Below, piece by piece: positions 10,661-22,783 of a DNA stretch of 64,000 nucleotides. Made by a program: the position numbers and the translations under genes. The DNA lies in the NCBI GenBank assembly GCA_965649825.1, contig OZ287697.1, forward strand, positions 519,535-583,534, given 5' to 3'. The notes under the pieces were generated by a model. The model saw only the letters and a list, made by a program, of their open reading frames with translations, did not search any database and was not told the origin of the DNA. Every line of letters starts with the position of its first letter. Positions within the stretch are counted from its first letter, which is position 1. The stretch comes from Penicillus capitatus. Taxonomy: Eukaryota > Plantae > Chlorophyta.

Positions 10661-11285
10661 CCGTCCACCGTGTGCCCGTGACGACTTCACCGACGACTCC
10701 CTGACGACTTTGTCCACCGGTCTACTGTGTGCCCGTGACGACTCTCCCGACCACTTCGCCGACGACTTTGTCGGCCGCCCACCGCGCGCCCGTGACGACT
10801 TCGCCGACGACTACTTTACGACCTTTGTGACAACACGAAAGGCGTAGAGATTGTGAGGAAAGCTATAATGAGACCCTTCTCATTGTTACTCTGCATTGGT
10901 ATTTTTTACAATTAGCATTCTTGTCATTTCTATGTCGATCTATGTGTGTGCATGATGCTCTGGATGCAAAAGAAAATCATCCACTGTAAGTGAAGAGCAG
11001 CGATGTCCATGACTCATTCTTTCTTCGCTTAACCTGCGAAGTTCCTTCTTGCGGAAGAGGGGTCATGCGAAGGAGGTTCAAACCAAGTACGATTTCCGTC
11101 TACGATCGATAGATCAAAAAAAGTCCTCGAGATAAACTCATTTGATCAAGATTTTCCCGGAAAACCATTAACCGCTACTTCTAACGATGTATCTATGCTC
11201 ACATCCGACGACGTCTTAGGCACGTTAAAGAGATAGATCTCTGCGAAAAAGATTCGACATCGCAAAAATCATTTTCTTGCACTGT

Positions 11286-12167
11286 TCACAGTTCCACCAT
11301 TTTGCTGCGATTCTTATCGACCGCAGCTTTGCGGCCAGCGTCATCTTCCACCATTTCCTGCTCATTACATTGTCTCTTCGGATGTACAACTGACAGACAA
11401 TGATAGGTACCTTCCTCATAGCGCCTTCAGGAACATCGATGCCTTTCCGCGTTGCCTCTCTTGCGTAGATGCGTTTCATCCAGTCCTGCGCATTGACAGA
11501 TGGCCACGTCAATGACAATCTCCTCTCACAACGGTCACTTTGATTGAGGGAAACTCGTCGACGTCGATGGCAGCGTGATCGGCATACAGCACCCAGCAGA
11601 AATTGGCGATATCTGCTAGAGTAAATTGATCTCCTGCCAAATACTCGTGATCTTTCAAGCGGCTCTCCAGTACGCCCAAGAGACGTTTGCTCTCATCGTG
11701 AAAGCGCTTCTGTCCGTATGGCACCGGTTCGGGTGCTGCGTGTATGAAGTGGTTTGTTTGTCCCATCATGGGACCCACTCCTCCCATCTGAAACATCAGC
11801 CACTGGATCACTTCGTATCGCGCATTTCCCTCTTTGGGCAGTAGAGATCCGTCACCGTAGCGTTCTGCCAAATACATCATAATGGCACCGCTTTCGAAGA
11901 CAGACAGATTTCCATTGCTATGGTCCACTGCGGCAACATGGTTTGGAAGGAAGTAGACACGAACCGACTCGCACCTATGGCAGGAATGCGGCCGTTGGGG
12001 TTGATTTTGAGAAACCAGTCCTGCTTCTGCTCCTTCTCGCCGAGTTTCATATTGTACACGTCGTACTTGATCCCGAGTTCTTCAAGAGTGACGGAGGCTT
12101 TAAAACCATTCGGCCTGGGTGCGCTGTAGAGAGTGATAGGCGCCGCATGTGCTGTAGGCAAGATCAT
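11286..12167 (-). CDS. Glutathione S-transferase, YfcG/Ure2p (nu-class)-like
   Basis: ITLYSAPRPNGFKASVTLEELG, INPNGRIPAI, FESGAIMMYLAERY, QWLMFQMGGVGPMMGQ, YLAGDQFTLADIA. Three short introns. Confidence 0.9.
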
Positions 12168-12725
12168 CAGTTTTACGGTGTTGGCAATCGGTCGTGGCAA
12201 GAGGCTATGAGACTTGATGCGACGCCTTAAACGAGAACGAGAATGACTAGCTCTAAGGAACTCACCTCGACATACCGACGCGTTTCTCAAAAAAAAAAAA
12301 AACGCATCGTAGGTTGAGAATCGTACGGAGCTGAGGGAATAACCTGCAGCACGTGCAGCGGAAAGTCTCTGCATCGAATTGGATTGGATGTGCATTGGTT
12401 AAACATGTGCGCCGTGTTCAATCGTTCAAATCGTTTTCTTATCGTTAGAACGTCACCATCTGCTCAAGAAGACTAAGTCCTGCGCTCAAATCATGTTAAG
12501 TGAATCGCCAATGCTTCAAAAAAATCGAAGCATTTTTGGCTTCGATCATCGTTTGTATACGGACCAGAGGGAATTCCACTCGGCTGAGATGTGTTTGTTT
12601 TAGTGCCAGAACTGAAGAATACACGCAATCGTCCATCGAAACGGAGCCGTCAGTTGGGATTGCGGATTTAGGGCGTGAAATGTGCGAAATGCGAGCCCCG
12701 TATGTTTGTACAGGTAGTAAGAGGA

Positions 12726-14470
12726 ATGTCATACCGAAGTGCCGTTTCCACATCGAAGGTTTCTGTTAGGGGTCTGCAAAGCGGCCCCGCGGTAAATCCT
12801 GAACGCGTCGTCCGATGGAAGGGGCCCTCGGCAAACACGAACAAACCCGTTCTCTATTGGTCTGTCTCCTGAAACACTTCCCAATACTAGACAGTCAGTC
12901 ACCGAAACAGGATGTCAAGAGACATACGCGTCTCAGATAACTGGGCCCTGCTGCATGCCGTGGATGAGGCGCAGCGCACCAATTCTCCTCTCGCCACCGT
13001 CTTTACTCTGGTCACCATTTGGTGCCTCGTTCATTCGTGGATGATTCGTTTCTGCAGGTCGACGATTTTTTGGACCGAGGCGCACGACAGGCGTGCTTTA
13101 TGCTGCGAGGGCTGCAGTTAGTGGAGAGGAAGCTGAAGGAGAAAAACATTCCGTTCTTCTTGTTGCGGGGAGATCCCGGACAGACGCTGCCTGAGTTTGC
13201 GCTTCGATGCAAGGCACGTCTCATAACCATGGACTACTCTCCGTTGCGTGAGGCACGGAAATGGAAGCATGCTGTAAGCAGAGATATCTCTTCTATGTCG
13301 GAATGAGAGCTCCTTCAGGTTATGGACAACACCGGCTGCGCCTTGGAGGAAGTAGATGCTCACAATGTTGTACCCGTCTGGCTAACGAGCTCAGTACGCG
13401 AAAAGGCGGCTTTCACCATCCGTCCGAAGATTCACTCGAGACTCGGTCAGTTTCTAACCAACTTCCCTCCGATGAAGCCTCTTCCCACAAACGCCTGGCC
13501 TGCAAGCTGCACGGCAGATCCAATCGACTGGGACGCCTTGCAGGAGGAGGCGCGGCACCGCGGGGCGGATATTCCCGAAGTGTCATGGTTGGTGCCAGGG
13601 GAAGATGCAGGGAAAGACGCTCTGGCCGCCTTTCTGCAGAGGAGAAGACTTTCATTATATGCTCCGAAGCGCAACGATCCAACTGTCCCAGAGGCACTGT
13701 CAGGATTGTCCCCCTATCTCCACTTCGGATTCTTGTCACCGCAGCGAGCGGCATTCGAGGCACAGAAGCAGCGCCAACACCTTAAGTCTGACTATTCTCT
13801 TGACCGAGCCAAAAGAGTTGCGAGCGCTGTAGGGAGAGTGTCGACAAATTTTTGGACGAACTCATCATTTGGAGAGAGCTCTCGGAGAACCTCTGTCACT
13901 ACGAGCCTCGCTACGATTCCCTGGAAGCAGCGGCTCCTTGGGCCAGGCAGACGCTGCAGGAGCACCTTGCAGACAAACGAGAGTACATGTACACGAGGTA
14001 GGACACCGCCCTTTGTCTACTCAATGCAGAAACGAGCGAAGGGAGGAGTTCGAAAAAGCGAGGACGCACGATAATCTGTGGAATGCGTGCCAAAAAGAGC
14101 TGCTCTATGCGGGAAAGCTTCATGGCTACATGCGCATGTACTGGGCCAAGAAGATCTTGGAGTGGAGCGCCACAGCTGAGGAAGCTCTAGATACGTCGAT
14201 CTATATGAACGACAAGTATTCGCTTGATGGGACGGATCCTAACGGATACGCCGGATGTCAATGGTCCATCACCGGCATTCACGATCGAGTAGTCCCCGCA
14301 TTCGCTGTTGCCATACAACGTCCATTGCTGCTTAGGAATTTCACGAACGCCCAGTAACTGGCAAGATCCGTCCGATGACGTTCCGCGGATGCAAGAATAA
14401 GTTTAACGTCGATGCGTACATCGCCCGCGTTGACCGCCTCGAGAAGGAATACAAAAAACCGCTAATCTGA
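12726..14470 (+). CDS. PHR: Class II CPD photolyase
   Basis: [74 protein letters not shown]. Multiple short introns. Confidence 0.93.
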
Positions 14471-14922
14471 TTGGTTTCCAAAGGTCGATTTTTTTTTTCT
14501 AGTCTCCGCTGTAGATCAAAGATGATTTATTCTTTAAAGTATTCTTTGCTTGTATGTTCTTGTTTCTGCTTCACACAGTGAGCAAATCGGATTGGATACG
14601 GTGTGGCGCAGCCGAGGCCGCGAAGGCCCTGGCATGTAGACCACGACTTTAAGCTCTTCGGCAAAGGCGTGACAATCCGAGTGTTTTCCAATCAATACTC
14701 CGAAAAGGAGACAGCAGCGAAGAGAAAAAGTAAGAATGTAGAATAGGAGCCAATGCAAATGACTAGTGTCTTATTTACAAGAAATTTGTAAACACAAAAC
14801 AGAGTCCGACTGTTTTGGCTAGTTCTGCTTATCGCATCGCGTAACGTCGGACAAGTTCGGACGGAAACGAAAGCAGTTTTTACAGCCCTGTTTTTAGAAT
14901 GCAAAAAGAATGAAAGGGAAAG

Positions 14923-15340
14923 AGGACAAAAGTTTTTGTCCGGGTGGTGATGACCCTATCGTCGGCCCCCGAACTCAGCGCGACGTTGTCCTTTCCCCGC
15001 CGTAACCCATCCAACTCGGCGCGGGCTCGCCAGACTCAACCGGGTCAACTCTGATGGGACACCCTCCTCTGAGTCCGGCGCAGGAATCGAACCCCCGCGG
15101 TCGTACTTCTCGAACTGGTCCAACTGCACCATCCGCATTCGGGTCGATCCCCACAGTCGAGAAGACGCCGTCACCAACTTATGCGCACCCCTGACGACTC
15201 TCCCGAGCACTTCCTGACGACTTTGCGGCCGTCCACCGTGTGCCCGTGACGACTTCACCGACGACTACCTGAAGACTCTCCCGACCACTTCCTGACGACT
15301 TTGTCCACAGGTCCACCGTGTGCCCATGACGACTTCTGAT
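14923..15340 (-). mobile_element. Dispersed Pol III-type (SINE-like) element, copy 2, uninterrupted
   Basis: Direct repeat of 9538-9847 (offset 5385 bp) that continues without the TRIM into the CCACCGTGTGCCCGTGACGAC tandem repeats. Confidence 0.7.
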
Positions 15341-15699
15341 GATTTTTGAGAAACGCAATTTCTCCTTCGTCAGTTTTGAACGATACTCTCGCAACTTTTT
15401 GGAAGCCTTGCTTAACCGAAACAGGACAACTGCTGAACTTTCTCTGTGCAAAGTGAAACTCTGCTAGTCTTTTGATATTCGATATGCAAATTTGTTATGC
15501 ATCAAATTCGAGACTTAAATCTGAGGAACTCAAACGGAGACCTTCGATTGTAGTACCACTGCGCGCATTTTAGATTTTTCTTTCGATCTCGTTATGTAAA
15601 AGAATACAGCAAAGTTTGTTTCACTTCGGTTCTTGAACAATCCAATCCTTTGGAACTGGGGCGTTTAAGTTCATTGTGAATCACCCTTCGACGCTCAGG

Positions 15700-17050
15700 G
15701 CTCTTATGATGTACATGGAAAATGTTCTGGAGTGGTTGAAGCTGAATGTACAACTTCCCGACAGCCTTTCAGGCAGCGAAGACGGATCGTTGTAGAAGCT
15801 GGATGTCTGCGTCGAGGCATTCAAATCCTGAAGAAGTTAAAAAAGGCTGGCATCGTGTCGAGAACTTTACAGAGAAATCCTGCGATCTGCTTGGAAAGAA
15901 GAATGCCAAGCGGTTGTTTTTCCTAATCGATGCTTTTGTGGATGTTGAAATCGTACTGGGTTTGATTGAGACAGACAGAGAAGGCATGTTCAGTTGAAGT
16001 GGACGGATACACGCGGTTCTAGAAATGGCCGGAGGGCGAGACATCACGCGGCGAATATTGACAGGTGCATTGAACCTTACACGATTCTGAAGAGAAGCGA
16101 TGTTTATCTCAGACACCAAGTGATTTCTTGCTAATGGGTACAAAACAGATGAAGCGTTCGAAATCCTTATCTACGAGATCGAAGCATGCCAATGAAAAGA
16201 CGAGGTGAAAGAGAGACATCCGTGGATATGGGAAAAGGAGATGATTACTCTCATCAGAGAATGCATCAAATGGTCACTTAACACAGTGATCATCCGCACG
16301 ATCTTAACAACAGGAAAAGCATAGTACCATTAGAGACGAAGGGACTTGCAATGGGATACAGTCTTGGTCCCTGCGCTGCATGTGTGACTCCGTAGGCATT
16401 GTATGAGAAACCGGCAAAGAAGCACTTTATGAGAGCATGTGGATACATGGACGTTATATAGATGTTGTGATACTCATCACACGCCAGGAAAGTACTCTTA
16501 ATTGGAAAGAAGAAGTGGCTGTATGGCTGAAGGTCACATATACCGACAGATTGGAGACCATCAAACTCACAGCGACCCATGGAATGAACTCCGACAGCGT
16601 GCCTTTCCTCTTTCTAGATATAGAAACGGACATTTAGAAACGGACATTGAAGGGAGCATCAGCAACAAGGTAGATACATCTTGTTTTAGTAAACCACCAG
16701 TACGTTTTAGTATATCGAGCAATCCAGAATACATCCGTTCAAGATGTTTAAGGCCATTGTGCAACAAGAAACCAGATGCATGATAGGCGACAACATTAAG
16801 AATGAAAATGTTGTTTAAACTGCTGAAAGAAGAGGCAATTCGTTACATCAGAAGAGACTACCATGTTAAAGAATTGTGGCAATAGATACATTATGCAGTG
16901 AAAACAAATGCAAAAGGGAAGGTTTGTCAGAAGCAACGCAAGGGATTACGACAGTTTGAAAGAAGATAGCTGGAGCGTCGCAGAAAGCCCTTTGATCAGA
17001 GCAGTCGGATATGAAGATCCCGTCAAACACATTCAACAAAAAAACCAACA
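15700..17050 (+). pseudogene. Decayed Penelope-like element reverse transcriptase
   Basis: KGLAMGYSLGP (16342), WIHGRYIDVVILI (RYID at 16452), IKLT...SVPFLFLDI (~16560-16622), FSKP, MFKAIVQQETR. Many stops and frameshifts, plus a 14-bp tandem duplication at 16621-16648. Boundaries approximate. Confidence 0.75.
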
Positions 17051-17129
17051 AGATTAAAAACCGGGATCAGTTTCTGCCGTTAAGAATACATTTTTCTCAT
17101 CAACTACGAGCCTGGAGCCCGGAAACAAG

Positions 17130-18730
17130 TTGCACGAAGCACACGAAGTAGCTTGTAGAAACTTGTCAATCAGTAGAAATCTTGATCAATAGCAAACTGA
17201 CAGGCTTTAAGTGGTGATCTTTATTTTGAGTTAGAGTGGTTTCGAGCTCGCCAAACTAACTACTTTTGGAGGTAGACCTTGAATCGGGTTATTCAAATCT
17301 TCCGATCGATGTTAATTTGCAACCTGTTCGTTTTTCACACATGAGAAGACCTATACCTGCGAGATCTTGCCTCAGGGCTGGCCAGGCTCTACAGGACTTT
17401 TTGACAGTGGAATGAGCGACATGTTCGTGATCTTGATGTAGTGTCGTACATAGACATTTGATTGTCGGGGAGGCGAGATCCGCCATATTGCTTTCTCCAT
17501 ACGGATAAACCGTCGTTCTGTTGTAGCGGACCCGGTCATCGCACACGAGGAGAATGCTAGAACGTCAAACCAAGCACCCTAGTTACTCCACGCTGAATAA
17601 ACCATGTAGGCATTTTCATTGAATGCACGCTCGTTCAACAAGAGTAGTAAAGCTTTAAAAGACATTCATTTACAGATACTCTCCCATTTCCCACTAGGAA
17701 TTATCCCAACTTTCAAGACGCATGTACTAGGAGGCGACGAACGTTTGTTTAAAGGAGGAGTTTGTTTGGTCAATCGCCTCCAATATCCTCCTGGTCCGGC
17801 GGAACGACTATGCGAGCGCGATCGATTGCCACAGAGTCCAACATGAAAACGTCATGAACGGTAAACTGGTATCAGTTACAATATGATTCCGAAAGGAAGC
17901 AGGTCAGCGCCAACACCGTTCAAGGCATGTCAAGTTTATGAACGCTCTTGCCTGATCTGTGATCTACGGACTGACGACTTGTTGTTTAGAAGCGAGGACG
18001 TGTACAGTAAGTAGGTGGATTGCAGTGGTAGATAAAAGTAGTTGGAACTTGTTTGTGATTCCATGTGCGATGAGACCTCAGACATACATAAAGCAGCATC
18101 GTTTCCTTGCTACACAGACCTGTTAAGTCGAAATAAAGCGCGTTAAGTTTTATCAGAGTGCTCTGCATTAAAACACCGCAAGTACAGTGCCGTCATCGAA
18201 AAGCGGTAGCTTTAGTAGAGTCGAAAGCTAAAGCTTCCTTGTTTAAAGCGCGAGTTAGATGAACAGGAGAGAGAGAGTAGTGAAGTTGCTAACAGGACAG
18301 AAGAAGATAATAGTAACACTAGCATCGAGGACAGTACTTTTAAGCAGTGTGCTGTCGACGGATCGATGATTTGCTGAAGGCGAATGCGTCAGGCACACAC
18401 GAACTGTTGAAACATTGCGCAGAATAAAGCACATTCCAAAAATCGTTGTTCCTTAACCAGGTAGACGGCCAACGTCGTTTTCTAGCTGCCATAGATTCTC
18501 GACTGTCGTCGACGAAGGCACTGCATGCTTTTAACCACCTTTTCCTGAGTGGCAGAGCAACCTCGAGTACCTAAAGCACTCATTATCCCACGTGGACCAG
18601 AATGGCCGTTTTCAGATATCGGCGATAAACAAGTCATACAAGTGCGTGACTGGTCACCACTGAGCGAACACATGTTATTTATTGTTCAGAAATCTCGATC
18701 TGCGCGTCGTCTTACTGCATGCAGATTATG
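17130..18730 (+). pseudogene. Decayed Ty3/Gypsy-like pol (RT, possible RNase H, integrase start)
   Basis: DLESGY (17275), LPQG (17367) and SYID (17447) in three different frames. LKEEFVW (~17750). LIIPRGPEWPFSDIGD (~18580) resembles the PxPxxPWxxIxxD integrase entry. Boundaries approximate. Confidence 0.65.
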
Positions 18731-19473
18731 ATTAATCACCGCAACTGTCACAGACTGCACACTCTTCACACCTTGCAAAATTCGCACGAGCGGAAAAGTA
18801 GCCTAGCCGATGATGATTCGTCGGTTGCTCTGATCTCTTCACATGGTGCTTGCTTCCCATTTCCTAAAGTACGGACTTTCAATCTTCGAAGGGCTTTTTG
18901 CTAAAGTCTCATGGACAGCAATGATCGTCAATCAATAGGTGTGGTATTCGTGTATGTTACCTGTTGAGAATGACAGCTGCTCTGCAAACGACAGACGGAT
19001 GATGGAGTTGCATCTCTTACTCTTCGTCACACTGAAGCATTGGGCGGAGGTGCAGTGAAACAGACTGAGTGATGAGGTCGAGCTGAGTTCGATCCGAAAC
19101 GCGTGTCAACTCCCAAAGTTTCCAATATCTAATGCGTCCTTTGTTGGGAATTCTCTTCGGTCGAAGTCGGAAATGAGGTGATGATGCGTGAAGAGACATG
19201 CATCTTACAGATGCGAATGGTTATTCCTCAATCGCTGTCAGCTCCCTCACTCAAAATCACGGCAACGTTTTGTCGACTGCTCGGTGCGACAACGAAGCCG
19301 AAGAATTTAAAGAACGGACAGAAACGGAAAAGACAGGACCGACAGTGAGCCGCGGTACCTGTTTTGGCAGACGTGCTATGTGGTTGTTAGGCTTCTTTCG
19401 TGGAAAGACTCGTCGTATACCTGTCGTTAGCGATTGAACTAACTCCTAAGGCGGTTCCATTGACCTAGGCGAC

Positions 19474-22400
19474 ATGAGCTCAGAGGCGATACCAAATGCA
19501 GAACCCCGCGAACAGCCGCTAGGGGGAAATGCTAGTGAAACGGTTAACGTCGATTTGTCCGAACACTCTGACAATCCGCACGAAGCCCCTAACTCTTCCG
19601 ACACTCTTGCGATGATCGAACTACACTTGTACAGGCGACATGACCATGACTATGAGAACGAAACGACGCTCTGCTGCCCTAAATCAGTATAGACAGATCT
19701 TTAAGTGAGAGATCGTCGAGAAACTCTGTTTGTGGATTTCAGATCACCATGAATGATATACTGCAGACCGCTATGGATGACATAATGCAATATATTCCGT
19801 GCGAGATTGATCACTACATTTTCGATCCTGTTGGGAAAAGGGTCTTCCGGGAACAAGACCAAAGAACGCTCGGCGAATTGCAGATCGAGAACAATGCTGT
19901 ATTCTTTCTCATTCCTATCAAGGTTCGTTGGCGTCCATCAGCTGTTGCGAGACAGATAAGGTGTGAACGGTAGACAAAGAGCGGGGAATATTCTGGCAGA
20001 GTGGGACTAAATAACATCGGAAACACATGCTACATGAATGCGAGTCTGCAGTGTTTGCTGCACTCGCCGGAGTTGATGCATTACTTCCTCACTGAGAAAT
20101 ACAAAGAAGAAACTTTAGAAGACGACTTAGATGAAGATGCGTTGAGACTCGTAGATGCTTTCTGCGATCTCATGCAAAACGTCTGGCTGGTAAGACGGAC
20201 GGCGAAGGACAGTCATGAGGGTGTGATTGCCAGACGAACCAGAGAACATATCATCCTGAGTATTTTTGGCATGAACTTAAAGCGTACAATGAGGAATTTG
20301 ACAACCACTATCAGCATGATACAACAGAATTGGCCGAGACAGTGCTGGAGGGCCTGATGGAAGGCTGCAAGAGAGCCACGATGTTTGAAGCCTGCTCTTC
20401 GGAGGTTGTGCCATCCTTGTGTTCTGCTGTTTTTTATTTCTTTAGCAGGTGAAGAATGACAGCGAAACGTCCGACGAACAGATGGCCGCCGAGTGTTGGA
20501 GACAACACAGGTGAGGAAATGAGTTGTTGATCTGAGCGAGAATCTGTGCGATTCAGGAATAGGTCGAATTCCTTCATAATGGACAAGTTTCATGGGCAAT
20601 ATTGTGTGCTGACACAGTGTCCAGACTGTCCCTTCAAATCGAGTATGTTTTGTTCTTTCGCTGTGCTCCACGTAGGCATTCCCCCTCCCAGTGTGCGCAC
20701 CATCGTCTTTACGCTGATCGAAGTCTGTGGGAATCAGCCGCCAAAGAAGTATACCTTGGAGTTATCTTCAAACATATCGGTGGAAGACCTCTATCACGAA
20801 GCAGCGAAGCTCATTGATTGCAGGGAAGACAGGCCTTGGGAGCATCTCTGCTTCGTCCTAAAACGAGAGGAATTCATATTTCTTCAGCTTTCGGATGTGC
20901 TGGAGCGTATAAGGTACAGCAGGATAAGTACAGACGCGTTTTGTGCCCACAGATGCCTGGTTGTTTAGTGTGCACGACAAGTTGTTGCTATATTCCTACA
21001 CAGGATGTGAGTATGGGCCAGCATCAGGCGGCCAGAAGACGTGTTTCATACATATGAAGGATTTTTATGTTCCATACTACAACTCCCACCACTCCACTCT
21101 TTGCTACCGGGAGAAACGGGAATTTGGATATCCTCTTGTCCTGTGGCTACCTCACGACGACACAGACGATTGGTCATTCTCCACAAAGAAGCGCACATTC
21201 CAAGGTAACCTAGGTGTGTCACCTGGCCTGCCTGCCATTTGCTTTGGATATTTACACGAAACGGATGTGTTCTAGATATCTTGGAGAACTCTTTACGTCC
21301 CTTCAAGCGTCCACATATGGCTGCTCTGCAAGAAGGAGAGGAACAGAAAGACCACAAACGAGAGTCTCTGTACTTGTCCATCGAGCAGGATGCCATGGAA
21401 TGTGAGGAATCTGGAAATGATCAGATGCCTGGACAAGCAACGTCTTCAGTGTCTGCCCACGGCTCCACCTCCAACGACCGAATGGATGGCATTGGTAGAA
21501 ATAATTCTATGAACGATCAGGTCGGGGAAGGCTCTCATCGCGAAGAATCAGTTGCCTCTACGAGATTCAAACTTTACGATTTGTGCGATATCGACCGCAC
21601 CGATGAGAGAGGCGAGACAAAGACCGTTCTCGTCGATTGGACTACAAATGCAGAACAGCATTACAATCTCGAAGCACTGAGGCAGTCATTGAACAAAACA
21701 GCCAAAGGCATTAAAAATCGCAAAATGCTGAAGTGCTGTGCACTCTATGCTTGCTTGAATCACGAATTCGATCCTCATGGTTGCGCTCCTGACGCAGACA
21801 GTTTATGGAATTGTCGTGGGTGCAACGAGAAGGTTAATGCAACCACTTCTTTGCGTCTCTGGAGACTGCCTGATACACTGTTGATTGGACTGAAACGCTT
21901 TACGTACTGTCCAGTGAGCAGACGCTTGATTAAGACGTGTCAGTGGGTGAAATTTCCTCTCGAAGGTTTGGATTTGAGTAAATATTGTACATCCAAGGAA
22001 GGAGATGATCCTATTTACGACCTGTATGGTGTCTGTTATAATTCCGGAAGCACTCCTGAGTCAGGACACTGCACAAGCAGTGTGAAATGTCATGATGGAA
22101 AATGGCGTTCTTTTAATGATAGCTGGGTGAAGGTTATTGATGAAGGAGACGTTGTCGCTGACGGAGCATGTCTGCTCTTCTACAGAAAGAGAAACTTGCA
22201 GAGTCCAAGCCAAAGAGAGATTTTGGAGCTCATGTTGCGAGACTTGAAACAAGAAGAACAAGCTGTTAAGTATTGCGATTCTATATTGAAGGCTGCAACA
22301 CCCTCTGGAGACGCTATTGACGAGACTATACGCAGAGACGTTCATGAAAGCCATCAACTTGACGGTCACGGCAGTCATGAATACTTTAGAGAGCAAAGAT

Positions 22401-22675
22401 ATGAATCAGTGGAGGCAGGAAACGTGCATAGATCTGACGTTTTTTATGCAACCGAGAAGGGAGAAGTGGTTATGACAACTTCCTGGGCAAAGCAGAACGA
22501 CGAACACCAAGTCAATGCTTGGTATCAAGAGTCAGATCCAATGCTTGAATCAGCTGTCGGCCTTTCACTCGATTCAGAGAGAACGGGCATCCCGGCAACG
22601 GATACGGTGCAGATGCATGCGCCGTTTGAACGAGACATGTATGACTCCTTCCAACATGACAGTCGCACCTCGTGA
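19474..22675 (+). CDS. Ubiquitin carboxyl-terminal hydrolase (USP, peptidase C19)
   Basis: Cys box GLNNIGNTCYMNASLQCL, LWRLPDTLLIGLKRF, VKFPLEGLDLSKY, YDLYGV, GHC...WRSFNDS. Start codon uncertain. Confidence 0.88.
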
Positions 22676-22783
22676 GGCCTTTTCAGATTTTGAGTCACTC
22701 TGTTCATTTGTTCGGGAAAGCGTTCTTTCATTCTTTTGGATCCATTCTGGCTGTTAAACAGTGCCACGAGACTATCTCCTTTG

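Larger units (their letters stand above)
9538..10825 (-). mobile_element. Dispersed Pol III-type (SINE-like) element, copy 1, interrupted by a TRIM
   Basis: 9538-9847 is identical to 14923-15232 except for one substitution. Contains A box TGGTGCAGTTGG (9735-9746), B box GGTTCGATTCC (9698-9708), 5S-like motifs, and a terminal palindrome at 9539-9556. GACGAC-rich tandem repeats continue at 10661 to ~10825 (this end approximate). Confidence 0.7.

Noticed and set aside
15328-15378. Minimal type I hammerhead-like motif (CTGATGA-N7-GAAAC...GTC) upstream of the PLE relic
   Set aside because: Stem II is a single T-A pair and stem I pairs poorly. About one such match is expected by chance in a window this size.
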